From positions 1 to 24,875 of IMG/VR virus record IMGVR_UViG_3300002092_000181: a stretch of DNA of 24,875 nt. The stretch is one strand, 5' to 3'. Source of the stretch: a virus. Taxonomy: Duplodnaviria > Caudoviricetes. A program made the position numbers and the translations under genes. Shown here piece by piece: positions 10,306 to 18,852 of the stretch (position 1 is its first letter; each line of letters opens with the position of its first letter). The notes beneath the pieces are model-generated. The model saw nothing but the letters and a program-made list of their open reading frames with translations, was not told the origin of the DNA and made no database searches.

Positions 10306-12264
10306 ATGGACGGAACAGATGATCCTCGCGTTGCGCAGCTGGCCAGCCAATATGGTGCTGACCCATCTGTCATCGCCCAGGTACTAGCCTCGAGCCCCAA
10401 CGCGCAGATCACCAGCGGGAGGCGCGATCCCGCGCGCAATGCCGCGGTCAAGGGCGTTCCGGGATCAAGTCATCTGTCCGGAGAGGCCGTGGATTTTGTG
10501 GCGGGTGATCCGGCGCAGATGGAATCGCAGGCGAAAGCCTTCAACGCACCTGGATACCGCGAGATTTATGAACCCGCAGGCCCGCACAGCACGGCTCCGC
10601 ATCTCCACATGGAGAAGTTGGGTGCCCAGCCCAAGCCTCCTGAACCGCCCCCCAATCTGATCCAGGGCGCGAACCCTGAATACGGCCTTGCGGGCATGAC
10701 GCGCGAACAGCTTCTGGCCAACATGCAGGCGATCGAGACCGGGCCTGAAGCCCAGCGTGCCGGTGAACTCGCGAAGATGGAATCCGAGGCCTATGTCGAG
10801 GCCGCGCAAACGCGCAAGGAGCTCCTGCCTGAGTTCAAGAAGATCCAGCAGGCCAGGATCGACAATTTCAAGAACCGGCCCAACACGCCGCAGTACGATC
10901 AGGTCAAGGCCGAACAGCTGCCCGAGATCCGCGACCCTGCACGGGCCCTGACCCAGTTTCTGCCCATGCTGGCGTTGATTTCGGGGGCCTTCAACAAAAA
11001 GTACGCGCTGTCCGCCATCCAGGGCATCACTGCAGCGGCCAACGCGCAGAAGGAGGGCGACTATGAGCGCCGGCAGCAAGCGCATGAGTCCTATATGGAC
11101 GATCTGAAGCGCACGCTTGAGAATAATTCGATAAAAGCCAAACAATATCAGGCCTTAATCGATAATGTTAACCTGACGGATAACGAATTTAAGGCCCAGG
11201 CCGAGGCTCTGGCCAGCCAGTGGGGCGAAAGCGAACAGCTAGCCGCCGACTACGGTAAAGGCAGAGAGGCCCTGCAGCGCCGCGTGGACATGCTCGTCAA
11301 GACGATGGCCCCGATTGCCCGTGTGGTCGAGGCAATGGACAACCATAAGGGCGATCAGGTCTTCCGTGGCCTGGATGATGGTCGGGAGTACATATACGAC
11401 AAGAATGCCCGAAAATTGTGGGATCCCGAGACGCAGCAATATGTCGAGGGCAAGTGGCCCAGGCTCGCGCCGATCGCGCAACGGCCTCTGACGGCCATTC
11501 AGGACGCATACCAGAAGTACATTGCGGACAATACCAACCCCCAGCATCCTGCGGGGCCCAGCGCAGCTGAACGAGCGGCATGGATTTCGAACCAAGCAGC
11601 GCAGACTTCCGCCGATCGGTATTGGTCCGCTCAAGGGGGTGCCAAGCAGCTGCAGTCTTTCAACGCGACGATCGCTCACATCGGTCTTTTTCGCGAGGCC
11701 GTTAAGGGCCTGGAAAATGGGGACATCCCGGCGATCAATGCCAATGCTCAACGCATCGCATATGAATTAGGCAAGCCTAACGTGACCAATGTAGAGGCCA
11801 TGAAGGGGATTGTGTCTGACGAAATTGCCAAGGCCGTTCTGGGTGGCCCAGGTGCTGTGGCCGACCGTGAAGAACTCAAGAAGCAGCTGGACGCGGCCAA
11901 AAGCCCTGCCCAGCTGGCCGGAGTGATCGACAGCTTCCTGAAATTGATGGCGGGTCAGGTTCGCGCGGCTCAGCAGAATTATCTGTCAAGCACGAAACAG
12001 AGCAACGACACGTTCTCGGCTCGATTGTTGCCCGAGACGATCGAGGCCATGCAGGCCGTAGGCGAGGATCCGACCCAACCGCCAACGGCCAAGCCCCCAC
12101 CCCCTCCTGCGCCGGCCCCTCCGCCGGCAGCGGCCAAGGGCCCACCCAAAGCGCCTCCCCCTGAAAGGTTCAAGGGTCTGAAGCCTGGACAGGCCATCAA
12201 GGACAAGCAGGGGAACATCTGGAAGATGGGCCCCAAGGGACCGGAGCTTGTGAAACATGGCTGA
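10306..12264 (+). CDS. Internal virion protein with an N-terminal peptidase M15 (Zn DD-peptidase fold) domain
   Basis: ITSGRRDPARNAAVKGVPGSSHLSGEAVDF...HLHME matches SxHxxGxAxD plus HxH of M15A peptidases. Helical body and Pro-rich C-terminal linker. Confidence 0.75.
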   Translation: MDGTDDPRVAQLASQYGADPSVIAQVLASSPNAQITSGRRDPARNAAVKGVPGSSHLSGEAVDFVAGDPAQMESQAKAFNAPGYREIYEPAGPHSTAPHLHMEKLGAQPKPPEPPPNLIQGANPEYGLAGMTREQLLANMQAIETGPEAQRAGELAKMESEAYVEAAQTRKELLPEFKKIQQARIDNFKNRPNTPQYDQVKAEQLPEIRDPARALTQFLPMLALISGAFNKKYALSAIQGITAAANAQKEGDYERRQQAHESYMDDLKRTLENNSIKAKQYQALIDNVNLTDNEFKAQAEALASQWGESEQLAADYGKGREALQRRVDMLVKTMAPIARVVEAMDNHKGDQVFRGLDDGREYIYDKNARKLWDPETQQYVEGKWPRLAPIAQRPLTAIQDAYQKYIADNTNPQHPAGPSAAERAAWISNQAAQTSADRYWSAQGGAKQLQSFNATIAHIGLFREAVKGLENGDIPAINANAQRIAYELGKPNVTNVEAMKGIVSDEIAKAVLGGPGAVADREELKKQLDAAKSPAQLAGVIDSFLKLMAGQVRAAQQNYLSSTKQSNDTFSARLLPETIEAMQAVGEDPTQPPTAKPPPPPAPAPPPAAAKGPPKAPPPERFKGLKPGQAIKDKQGNIWKMGPKGPELVKHG

Positions 12265-14239
12265 TACCGAAAAGGACGACTACGAGGTCGTGGATCTGCC
12301 TTCAGAGGCCTCCACACCCCCCAAAAAGCCTGTCGCGCCTCTGAAGCCTGGGCAATACCGCCTGCCTTCAGGCGAAGTGACCTATCGGAGCACGGATCCG
12401 CTGGGCGTCACTGGTGCAGCGAAGGATTACATGGCCCGGCAGAGTCAATATGGCCGTGAAGGCGTTGCAGAGGCTCAAAGAGGCCTCAGGAACTTCGGGA
12501 ACATCCCCGAGTACTCCAGAACGCATGATCCGCTCAGAACGGCTCACAGAGCGGCGGAAGATGTGACCCAAACGGCTTTGGGGGGCCTGGAGTACGCTGG
12601 AGCGCCCATTTCAGCGGGTCTGGACACCATTTTTGGCCGAAATATCGACGTGCAGACGGGTGGACGCGTTCCAACCCGTGTGGGGGGTGCAATAGCCGGT
12701 ATTGCGACCCCGGCGGCTGAATTTGCGGCCTCCAGGCTGGCCAAGCTGCCATCTACGCTTAAGGCGGGAACCAGCGCTGTGGAAGCCGCAGAAGCTGCCA
12801 AGATCGCAGAAGGAGCCGCGCCATCAGGCGTTGGTATCTCGATGCCCAAGACCCCGCATGTGGCATCGATCAGGCCCTCCGGTGGATCGCCCGCGTCCCT
12901 AGGCCCTACGCTCTCGGCATCGGCAGAAGCCAAGCCCAGCCAAGCCGAGCGCAAGGTGGCCCGCGTGCTGTTTGAGAAGATCCAGGACGACAACATGACC
13001 GTGGATCAGTTCCTGGCAGAGGCCGAGAAGCACCCTGACAGGCCAACCTTCATTGCCGGCGGGCCCAATATCAGAGGATCCGCAGGGGCCCTGTATCGCG
13101 TTCCGGGCAAGCACCAAGCGGTCATCCGCACTGCCGCCGAACGGTACAAGGCTGAACTGAGACCCAAGATCGAGGCCCACATTAGCGAGGCCTTGGGAGG
13201 CACTGGGGACTATCTGGCCAAGCAGGATGCCATGCTTCAGGCACGACGCCTTGAAGCAGGCCAGCAGATGGCCCAGGTGGAGAACCTTCCTGTCAGTCTT
13301 AATCCGGACACCCTGCATGCCCTGCAGAGCCCTCTGGTGAAGCCTGCCATCAAGGCGGCGATCGTGCGCAACCAGTCCTCTCTGGATCCGGCTGTCCGCA
13401 TGGCTGGTCAGGGCCTCGAGCAGCTGATTGAGGGTGATGCGAGCCTTCCAGCCAGTGTGCGGGTGCGCGATGTGCAGGACATCTCGTTCGCGCTCAATTC
13501 CGCTGCGGATGAGGCCTACAAGGCCGGCAGGGGCAGTGATGGCAAGGTCTTGAAGGATCTTGCCCGAGCGCTGCGCGAGAACGCGTCAGATCCTGCCAAG
13601 GGCGGGCACGTCAAGTATGGTGAGTTCCTGACGAGATACGGTGACGCCAGCGACGAGCTCGATGCCCTTGAACTGGGCCGGGGCGCGATCAAGAAGAGCG
13701 AGACCAATACCGCGGAGCATATCGAGAAGGAGCTGTCCCAGATGGCTCCGGAAGCGCGAGATTATTACAAGAAGGGCCTCGCTGAGGCGATCTTCTACGA
13801 GGTCGATCACGCGCCTGAGGAAAACCCGACCGCAGCCCTCAAAAAGCTAAACACCCCGGCCATGCGCCGGAAGATCAAGATTGCGTTTGGCGACGAAGCC
13901 TCGGTGAATGACTTCTACACCGAAATCGCCAAGCGGATGATGGAGCGCGAGACGCTCAACAGCCTGGGTGGGTCTGTAACGACGCCCTCGAGTGAGGCGA
14001 TCAAGAGCCTGACCGCAGCCGGTCGCAAGGGCGAGTACGAAAAGCGGATCCAGAAGCTTTCAGATGTGCTGAAGAAGCCGGTGGAGACCGCAGGCGCTCA
14101 TGCGCTGAACCTGATGGCGGAACGCGATGCAGAGATCCTCGGGGATCCGGAGGCCGCAGAGCTCCTGGCTCGAGCCTTGGTGGACCCGAAGGAAATGGAG
14201 CGCCTGCTTCGCAACCCGCGTCTCAGGCCCCGCCGGTAG
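12257..14239 (+). CDS. Probable large ejection (internal virion) protein
   Basis: GGAG RBS, overlaps the previous gene, 660 aa. Hydrophobic Gly/Ala segment followed by a charged helical region. Confidence 0.6.
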   Translation: MADTEKDDYEVVDLPSEASTPPKKPVAPLKPGQYRLPSGEVTYRSTDPLGVTGAAKDYMARQSQYGREGVAEAQRGLRNFGNIPEYSRTHDPLRTAHRAAEDVTQTALGGLEYAGAPISAGLDTIFGRNIDVQTGGRVPTRVGGAIAGIATPAAEFAASRLAKLPSTLKAGTSAVEAAEAAKIAEGAAPSGVGISMPKTPHVASIRPSGGSPASLGPTLSASAEAKPSQAERKVARVLFEKIQDDNMTVDQFLAEAEKHPDRPTFIAGGPNIRGSAGALYRVPGKHQAVIRTAAERYKAELRPKIEAHISEALGGTGDYLAKQDAMLQARRLEAGQQMAQVENLPVSLNPDTLHALQSPLVKPAIKAAIVRNQSSLDPAVRMAGQGLEQLIEGDASLPASVRVRDVQDISFALNSAADEAYKAGRGSDGKVLKDLARALRENASDPAKGGHVKYGEFLTRYGDASDELDALELGRGAIKKSETNTAEHIEKELSQMAPEARDYYKKGLAEAIFYEVDHAPEENPTAALKKLNTPAMRRKIKIAFGDEASVNDFYTEIAKRMMERETLNSLGGSVTTPSSEAIKSLTAAGRKGEYEKRIQKLSDVLKKPVETAGAHALNLMAERDAEILGDPEAAELLARALVDPKEMERLLRNPRLRPRR

Positions 14240-14284
14240 AAATCAGAGAATTTATGGTGTATTCCTGAACCATAGGAGAAATTT

Positions 14285-14653
14285 ATGGCCATCAGAGCGA
14301 TCCAGGAAAGTGAAGAGCGCCCCCCTCTTCGATTTGTGGCGCCTGATGACCCGCCAGAGGCAATCCAGCCCCCCAGGGATGAGCCTCTGGCGTCTCCTCC
14401 CCCTAAACCGCTCAAACCGGCCCGTGAGGTCCGCGTTGTGCAGTTTCCGACCGCTGAGACGGTCGCGGTCCTGTCAATCCTCATGAAGATCCTGGGAACG
14501 CGGGTGATCCTGCTGGTGGCTGGGATCGGGGCATTTGCCTTGGCCATGGTCGCGCTTGATCGGAACAGCATTCAGTCCATCATCACCAGCGCTCTGTACG
14601 ACGGCCTCGTCTTCGCGCCCTGCATCTATCTGGCTCTGAGGAGAGAAGCATGA
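14285..14653 (+). CDS. Two-TM membrane protein with a Pro-rich N-terminus
   Basis: AGGAG RBS. Hydrophobic stretches VILLVAGIGAFALAMVAL and SIITSALYDGLVFAPCIYLAL; basic C-terminus. Confidence 0.7.
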   Translation: MAIRAIQESEERPPLRFVAPDDPPEAIQPPRDEPLASPPPKPLKPAREVRVVQFPTAETVAVLSILMKILGTRVILLVAGIGAFALAMVALDRNSIQSIITSALYDGLVFAPCIYLALRREA

Positions 14654-14994
14654 GTACGGCGTCTATGTTTTTTCTGGAGACGACGACGCCTTTGGGCGGT
14701 AGCGCGACCTATACTGGTCCTACAAGAGATGCCTACGGAGTGGGTACGGCTGGCTCTGTAAGCCAGTTCTGCTACTTCCAGGTTGTGGTCAGCACGAACC
14801 AGACCGGAACGCTGAACATCAACGCCAGCACCAATGGAACGACTTGGTCATTGGTTGCAACCGCGTCTCTGGCTGCAACGGGTGCCACTACGCTCAAGGT
14901 GCCGATCACTCAACAGTTTTATCAAGTCGTAATCACTAACGGATCAACCACTCAGACGGCCCTAAACGCGAGTTCGGCGTTTACCGTGTCTTAA
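14650..14994 (+). CDS. Small beta-rich putative virion protein
   Basis: GAGGAG RBS and ATGA overlap; Thr-rich; paralogous to the N-terminus of the next gene. Confidence 0.7.
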   Translation: MSTASMFFLETTTPLGGSATYTGPTRDAYGVGTAGSVSQFCYFQVVVSTNQTGTLNINASTNGTTWSLVATASLAATGATTLKVPITQQFYQVVITNGSTTQTALNASSAFTVS

Positions 14995-15003
14995 GGGCAA
15001 AAC

Positions 15004-16128
15004 ATGACAACGAACGCGGTTTATCAGCTTGAGACGACCACGCCGTTGTCGGCCAGCGCCACCTTCACGGGTGCGACCAGAGACGCCTACGGGGTTGGCA
15101 CACAAGGTGCTGTGTCCCCGTGGGCATTCTTCGTGGCCAGCATCTACGCGGACCAGAGCGGCACCGCCTACATCGACCTGTCGAGCGATGGCACGACGTG
15201 GGTGATTGCGGCTGTGCTGGCTGTCTCGCCCTCGACCCCCGCCACGATCTCCGCGCCTGTGATGGCCCAGTTCTGCCGGGTGCGGGTGGTCAATGGGTCC
15301 ACAACCCAGACCACCTTTGCGGTACGGTCAGGATTTGCGGCCACGGGCGCGTCCCTGTCTGCTCAGGCCGGTGTGAACGCCACCGGAAGCACCCTTGTAG
15401 CGCCGTGGAACACTCAGGTATCTCGGGGTCTGGTGCCCGGTGCCTCTACGGTCTCAATACAGGGCTACACGTCGTCTATCACCGCCGGGAATTACTACCC
15501 CATGTGGGAAGGGGGGGGATATTACGTGTTCCCGCCCTCCGCGATCCAGATGCTGCTCTATAGCTCGTCTGGGTCCGACACGGCTGTGTCGATCCTGATC
15601 AGCGGGTTGGATGCCAACTACAACAATCTGTCCGAAACGCTGGTCCTGACCAACGGCACGACAGGCGTGACCACGGTCAACAGCTACCTACGGATCAACG
15701 GCATTCAGGTGACCGGCACCACCAATCCGGTGGGCGCAATTACGCTGGCAAACGCGGGCAAGACCGTCACCTACGCCCAGATCAACACCGGATCATTCAA
15801 CGGATCCACGATCTCCAAGGGCAAGTCCAGCATGAGCATCTATACGGTGCCGGCTGGGTACACGTTCTACCTATATCGGGTTCAGGCGTATTGCCCGCCC
15901 CCCACAGCAACGGATATCACTTTGTATCGCGTGTATACGCAGAGCAGCACCGGCCTCACGCAGATATTCCTGCAAGCGCCGTTTCAGGGATCAGGCTATG
16001 ACAGCACCCGTATTTCCCCCCGAGCCTATGCCGCAAAAACAGATGTGCAGTGGCAGTTGAACGTTACCACCGCTACTCAAGGATCCATCCAGTTGGAAGG
16101 GATCCTGATAGCTAACACGGCGGCATGA
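15004..16128 (+). CDS. Beta-rich putative virion protein (duplicated N-domain plus C-terminal domain)
   Basis: AAGGG RBS. LETTTPLSASATFTGATRDAYGVGT closely matches LETTTPLGGSATYTGPTRDAYGVGT of the upstream gene. Confidence 0.7.
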   Translation: MTTNAVYQLETTTPLSASATFTGATRDAYGVGTQGAVSPWAFFVASIYADQSGTAYIDLSSDGTTWVIAAVLAVSPSTPATISAPVMAQFCRVRVVNGSTTQTTFAVRSGFAATGASLSAQAGVNATGSTLVAPWNTQVSRGLVPGASTVSIQGYTSSITAGNYYPMWEGGGYYVFPPSAIQMLLYSSSGSDTAVSILISGLDANYNNLSETLVLTNGTTGVTTVNSYLRINGIQVTGTTNPVGAITLANAGKTVTYAQINTGSFNGSTISKGKSSMSIYTVPAGYTFYLYRVQAYCPPPTATDITLYRVYTQSSTGLTQIFLQAPFQGSGYDSTRISPRAYAAKTDVQWQLNVTTATQGSIQLEGILIANTAA

Positions 16129-16129
16129 C

Positions 16130-16285
16130 ATGACCCAGGATGACTACATCTACACCCTGCCCTTCGTGGTGATTTTGGTTTGCGTGGTGTGCAAGGCCCT
16201 GGGGGGGCCTGACACTTTCCTGATGCCTGTGATCATGGGCGCGTTTGCTCTCATCCAACCTCCTAAGAAGCCGCCACAGCCATGA
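16130..16285 (+). CDS. Small hydrophobic protein, holin candidate (51 aa; not in the ORF track)
   Basis: MTQDDYIYTLPFVVILVCVVCKALGGPDTFLMPVIMGAFALIQPPKKPPQP has two hydrophobic segments, fills the gap exactly and overlaps the lysozyme start (ATGA). Confidence 0.6.
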   Translation: MTQDDYIYTLPFVVILVCVVCKALGGPDTFLMPVIMGAFALIQPPKKPPQP

Positions 16286-16713
16286 ACCGCGCCCTTCTGG
16301 AAGACGACCTCAAGCGCGAGGAAAACTGCCGCCTGCTGGCCTACCTCGACACGGAGGGCGTCCCCACGATCGGCTGGGGGCACACCGGTCCGGAGGTCCA
16401 TCTGGGGCTCGTCTGGGGTCAGGAAATGGCAGACCAGACGCTGGAGTTGGATATCGACCACGTCATCGATCAGCTTGACCAGATGCTGCCGTGGTGGCGG
16501 ACGCTGGATGACATCCGCGCCAACGTGTTGGCCAAGATGGCCTACCAGATGGGGATCGGCGGGCTGCTGGGGTTCAAGCAGATGCTGGCCCACGTCAAGG
16601 CCGATGAATGGGACCTCGCCAAGGCGGCTGGCCTCGATTCCCTGTGGGCTCGCCAGACGCCCGAGCGGGCCGACCGCGAATTGACCGAACTGGACACCGG
16701 AGTTCACGCATGA
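16282..16713 (+). CDS. Endolysin, GH24 (T4-like) lysozyme
   Basis: EENCRLLAYLDTEGVPTIGWGH gives the E-x8-D-x5-T triad; also MAYQMGIGGL and DSLWARQTPERA. Confidence 0.9.
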   Translation: MNRALLEDDLKREENCRLLAYLDTEGVPTIGWGHTGPEVHLGLVWGQEMADQTLELDIDHVIDQLDQMLPWWRTLDDIRANVLAKMAYQMGIGGLLGFKQMLAHVKADEWDLAKAAGLDSLWARQTPERADRELTELDTGVHA

Positions 16714-16958
16714 ACTGGATCATGGGCGTCATCGAATGGGTGTTGGGCCTGTGGCTCAAGCAGCCCCCCGCAGAGACCCAAGAGGCGGTGCAAGCCGGGA
16801 AGGCCGCAACTGCCGAAACCGAACTCAAGATCGTGGAGACCTCCAATGCTCAAGTTCAAGCCGCGAGTGTGGCCCGCGATGCTGTCACTGGCCGCTTTCT
16901 CAAGTCTGGTGGGCTGCAGCAGCTTGAAGCCAGCGACCCCAACAATCTTGACCGATAG
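16710..16958 (+). CDS. Inner-membrane spanin (Rz-like)
   Basis: ATGA overlap with the lysozyme; N-terminal hydrophobic anchor MNWIMGVIEWVLGLWL and an Ala-rich helical body. Confidence 0.7.
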   Translation: MNWIMGVIEWVLGLWLKQPPAETQEAVQAGKAATAETELKIVETSNAQVQAASVARDAVTGRFLKSGGLQQLEASDPNNLDR

Positions 16959-17091
16959 TCACGCCGCCACGCCGGCGGATGTGTGTCTGGTGTGGAAGAC
17001 GATCCAGTATCACGCCAAGACTGACGCCCCGGACACGATCGAACGGATCATGGCTAACAACGCGGCCAGAGCGAGCCTCTGCCACAAGTGA
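16846..17091 (+). CDS. Outer-membrane lipoprotein spanin (Rz1-like)
   Basis: GGAG RBS; signal peptide with lipobox LVGC; overlaps the i-spanin in another frame; two further Cys residues. Confidence 0.75.
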   Translation: MLKFKPRVWPAMLSLAAFSSLVGCSSLKPATPTILTDSHAATPADVCLVWKTIQYHAKTDAPDTIERIMANNAARASLCHK

Positions 17092-17148
17092 TTATTCTGT
17101 GGTAAAAGTGTGGATCCGCCCCAGTGGCCCCCCACGCAGGAAACACAG

Positions 17149-17532
17149 ATGAGCATTCTGACCGACGTTCTGGAAAAGAAGATCACCCCAGTTCAGGGAG
17201 TGGAAGAGGCGTTGCAATGGGGCCAGGCCCTTATCACGCATTCTCCTGACATGACTGCTTCGGTAAACACTGTAACCGCAGATTTAAAGCATGCGGCATC
17301 CAATGCCCTTGATCTGGCTGAAACCGACATTGGCGCGTCTGTCTCCGCGATCGTGCCGGCCATTGAGACCGCTCTGGAGGCCGAACTGGCCAAGCTCACC
17401 GGCGGCGCAAGCGTGGCCTTCAACAAGTTTATCAATGATGGCGTCGATCGCCTGGGCGCAGCCCTGCATGCCGAGATCGACGCGTATCTCCTCAAGTACA
17501 AGGCGTCCCTCACCTCCCCCCCGGCCCCATGA
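17149..17532 (+). CDS. Hypothetical helical protein (127 aa)
   Basis: AGGA RBS before ATG 17149; amphipathic helical sequence. Confidence 0.7.
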   Translation: MSILTDVLEKKITPVQGVEEALQWGQALITHSPDMTASVNTVTADLKHAASNALDLAETDIGASVSAIVPAIETALEAELAKLTGGASVAFNKFINDGVDRLGAALHAEIDAYLLKYKASLTSPPAP

Positions 17533-17801
17533 GCGGTGACAGGGAGCTCGTCTCCCTCCTCCGCTCACTCCTCAAAAGGATTGACACAATGTCTGCTGCC
17601 ACCGACGCGCTCACCAGCGCCACCAATGCCCTCACAGGCGCTGTGCAAGCCCTCCAGGCCTCTGCTACGGCTGCTGAAGCTGCCAGAGCCGCTGCTGGCC
17701 CTCCTGAGGATACTGCGGCCATCACGGCTGCTACGTCCGCGATCGAGGCAGCTGCCACTTCGCTGAACGCCATCGCCACCTCGCTCACGCCGGTTGCCTG
17801 A
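17529..17801 (+). CDS. Ala/Thr-rich coiled-coil hypothetical protein
   Basis: ATGA overlap; a second in-frame ATG at 17589 has an AAAAGGA RBS. Confidence 0.7.
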   Translation: MSGDRELVSLLRSLLKRIDTMSAATDALTSATNALTGAVQALQASATAAEAARAAAGPPEDTAAITAATSAIEAAATSLNAIATSLTPVA

Positions 17802-17811
17802 TTGATCTAAT

Positions 17812-17842
17812 CCCCCCGGTTTGCGCCGGGGGGGCTGTTTTG
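17812..17842 (+). terminator. Probable intrinsic terminator
   Basis: CCCCCCGGT-TTGC-GCCGGGGGG stem followed by GCTGTTTTG. Confidence 0.65.
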
Positions 17843-17863
17843 TGGTGTGACATGGGGGGCTTA

Positions 17864-18103
17864 ATGCCGACGTGGGCTGATATCGTAGCAATCGGAGCAG
17901 CGGTGATGAGCGGTGCTTACACATTCGGGGTTATGGGTCAGAAAGTCCGCTCCCTCGAGGAAAAGGCGATGAAGGCAGAAGACCTGGAACGCGATTTCCA
18001 CGACCTGACCGATCGGTTGATCCGCCTCGAGGTCGGCATGGCCAATGTGCAGACATTGCTGACCGAGGTTCGAGACACAGTCCGCAGATCAAGCCGGCCT
18101 TGA
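17864..18103 (+). CDS. TM plus coiled-coil small protein (holin/antiholin-like topology)
   Basis: GGGGGG RBS; hydrophobic IVAIGAAVMSGAYTFGVMG followed by heptad repeats. Confidence 0.65.
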   Translation: MPTWADIVAIGAAVMSGAYTFGVMGQKVRSLEEKAMKAEDLERDFHDLTDRLIRLEVGMANVQTLLTEVRDTVRRSSRP

Positions 18104-18110
18104 GGTCATC

Positions 18111-18281
18111 ATGAGCGAAGTGTGGGAACGCCCGCGGCCTAAGGGCTTGAAGTCAACCAAGCTGAGCCCAGCTGCGAAAGCTTCCGCCAAGCGCGATGCC
18201 AATCGGTCTGGATCCGTCTATCCGTCTTTGGTCGCCAACATGCGCGCGGCCCAACGTCAGAAAAAGCGGGGCAAGCGGTGA
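18111..18281 (+). CDS. Small basic phage protein (56 aa; not in the ORF track)
   Basis: GAGG RBS. MSEVWERPRPKGLKSTKLSPAAKASAKRDANRSGSVYPSLVANMRAAQRQKKRGKR; GTGA overlap with the next gene. Confidence 0.75.
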   Translation: MSEVWERPRPKGLKSTKLSPAAKASAKRDANRSGSVYPSLVANMRAAQRQKKRGKR

Positions 18282-18550
18282 GCGGGGCCTGGAGCCGCAA
18301 GGAAGGCAAGAACCCCAGTGGTGGCCTCAATGCCAAGGGGCGGGCCTCCCTGCGGGCCCAGGGCCACAATATCAAGCCGCCGGCGCCGCATCCCAAGACC
18401 GAACGGGACGCAGGCCGGAAGGCCAGCTTTTGCGCCAGGATGAGCGGCATGCCAGGGGCCATGCGCAAACCCAATGGCGAGCCCACCCGAAAGGCGTTAA
18501 GCCTGAAGAAGTGGAACTGCCGGGGCACTCGCAAGGGTGGCCGGAATTAA
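18278..18550 (+). CDS. Small basic phage protein (resembles DUF6321)
   Basis: AWSRKEGKNPSGGLNAKGRAS...RKASFCARMSG...LKKWNC is a recurrent phage pattern; the family name is from memory. Confidence 0.75.
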   Translation: MSGAWSRKEGKNPSGGLNAKGRASLRAQGHNIKPPAPHPKTERDAGRKASFCARMSGMPGAMRKPNGEPTRKALSLKKWNCRGTRKGGRN

Positions 18551-18658
18551 ACACTCTGGCCACTCTTCGGTAGGCCATTTCCACACACAATGACGCCAGC
18601 AATAGCGCACACCAGACGGTAATGCGTGCGGATCCAGATTGACGCAATTTCCGCACAT
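18497..18658 (-). CDS. Small Cys-rich protein (53 aa; not in the ORF track)
   Basis: TGATG-coupled to the KGG gene. MCGNCVNLDPHALPSGVRYCWRHCVWKWPTEEWPECLIPATLASAPAVPLLQA. Confidence 0.5.
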   Translation of the reverse strand: MCGNCVNLDPHALPSGVRYCWRHCVWKWPTEEWPECLIPATLASAPAVPLLQA

Positions 18659-18852
18659 CAGTCTGGAACCTTTGATTTAGCGGCCTTCGCAAGGCCTCCC
18701 AAGCGCGCGGAATCCTTGGCCAAGGTGCTGTCGAGGGCGAATGTGCGCTTCTCTGGTGGAGTACCCTTTCCGCCCTTGGACGAGATCTCCAGCAGCTGCT
18801 CGCGGGACATGGCGGCGAAGCCACGCCGGCTCTTCGGGGGTGTGTCGGTCAC
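18658..18852 (-). CDS. KGG-motif general stress protein homolog (64 aa)
   Basis: GTG at 18852 with a GAGGA RBS and GTGA overlap. RRGFAAMSREQLLEISSKGGK matches the KGG stress-induced repeat; a degenerate second copy is KRTFALDSTLAKDSARLGG. Confidence 0.75.
   Translation of the reverse strand: MTDTPPKSRRGFAAMSREQLLEISSKGGKGTPPEKRTFALDSTLAKDSARLGGLAKAAKSKVPD

Noticed and set aside
11155-11172. Possible CtrA box (TTAA-N7-TTAA)
   Set aside because: The spacing is 9 nt rather than 7, so at most half-sites.
963-11751. Long minus-strand ORFs such as 963-1760, 3392-4045, 9070-10350 and 10465-11145
   Set aside because: Shadow frames of well-supported, translationally coupled + strand genes; no motifs.
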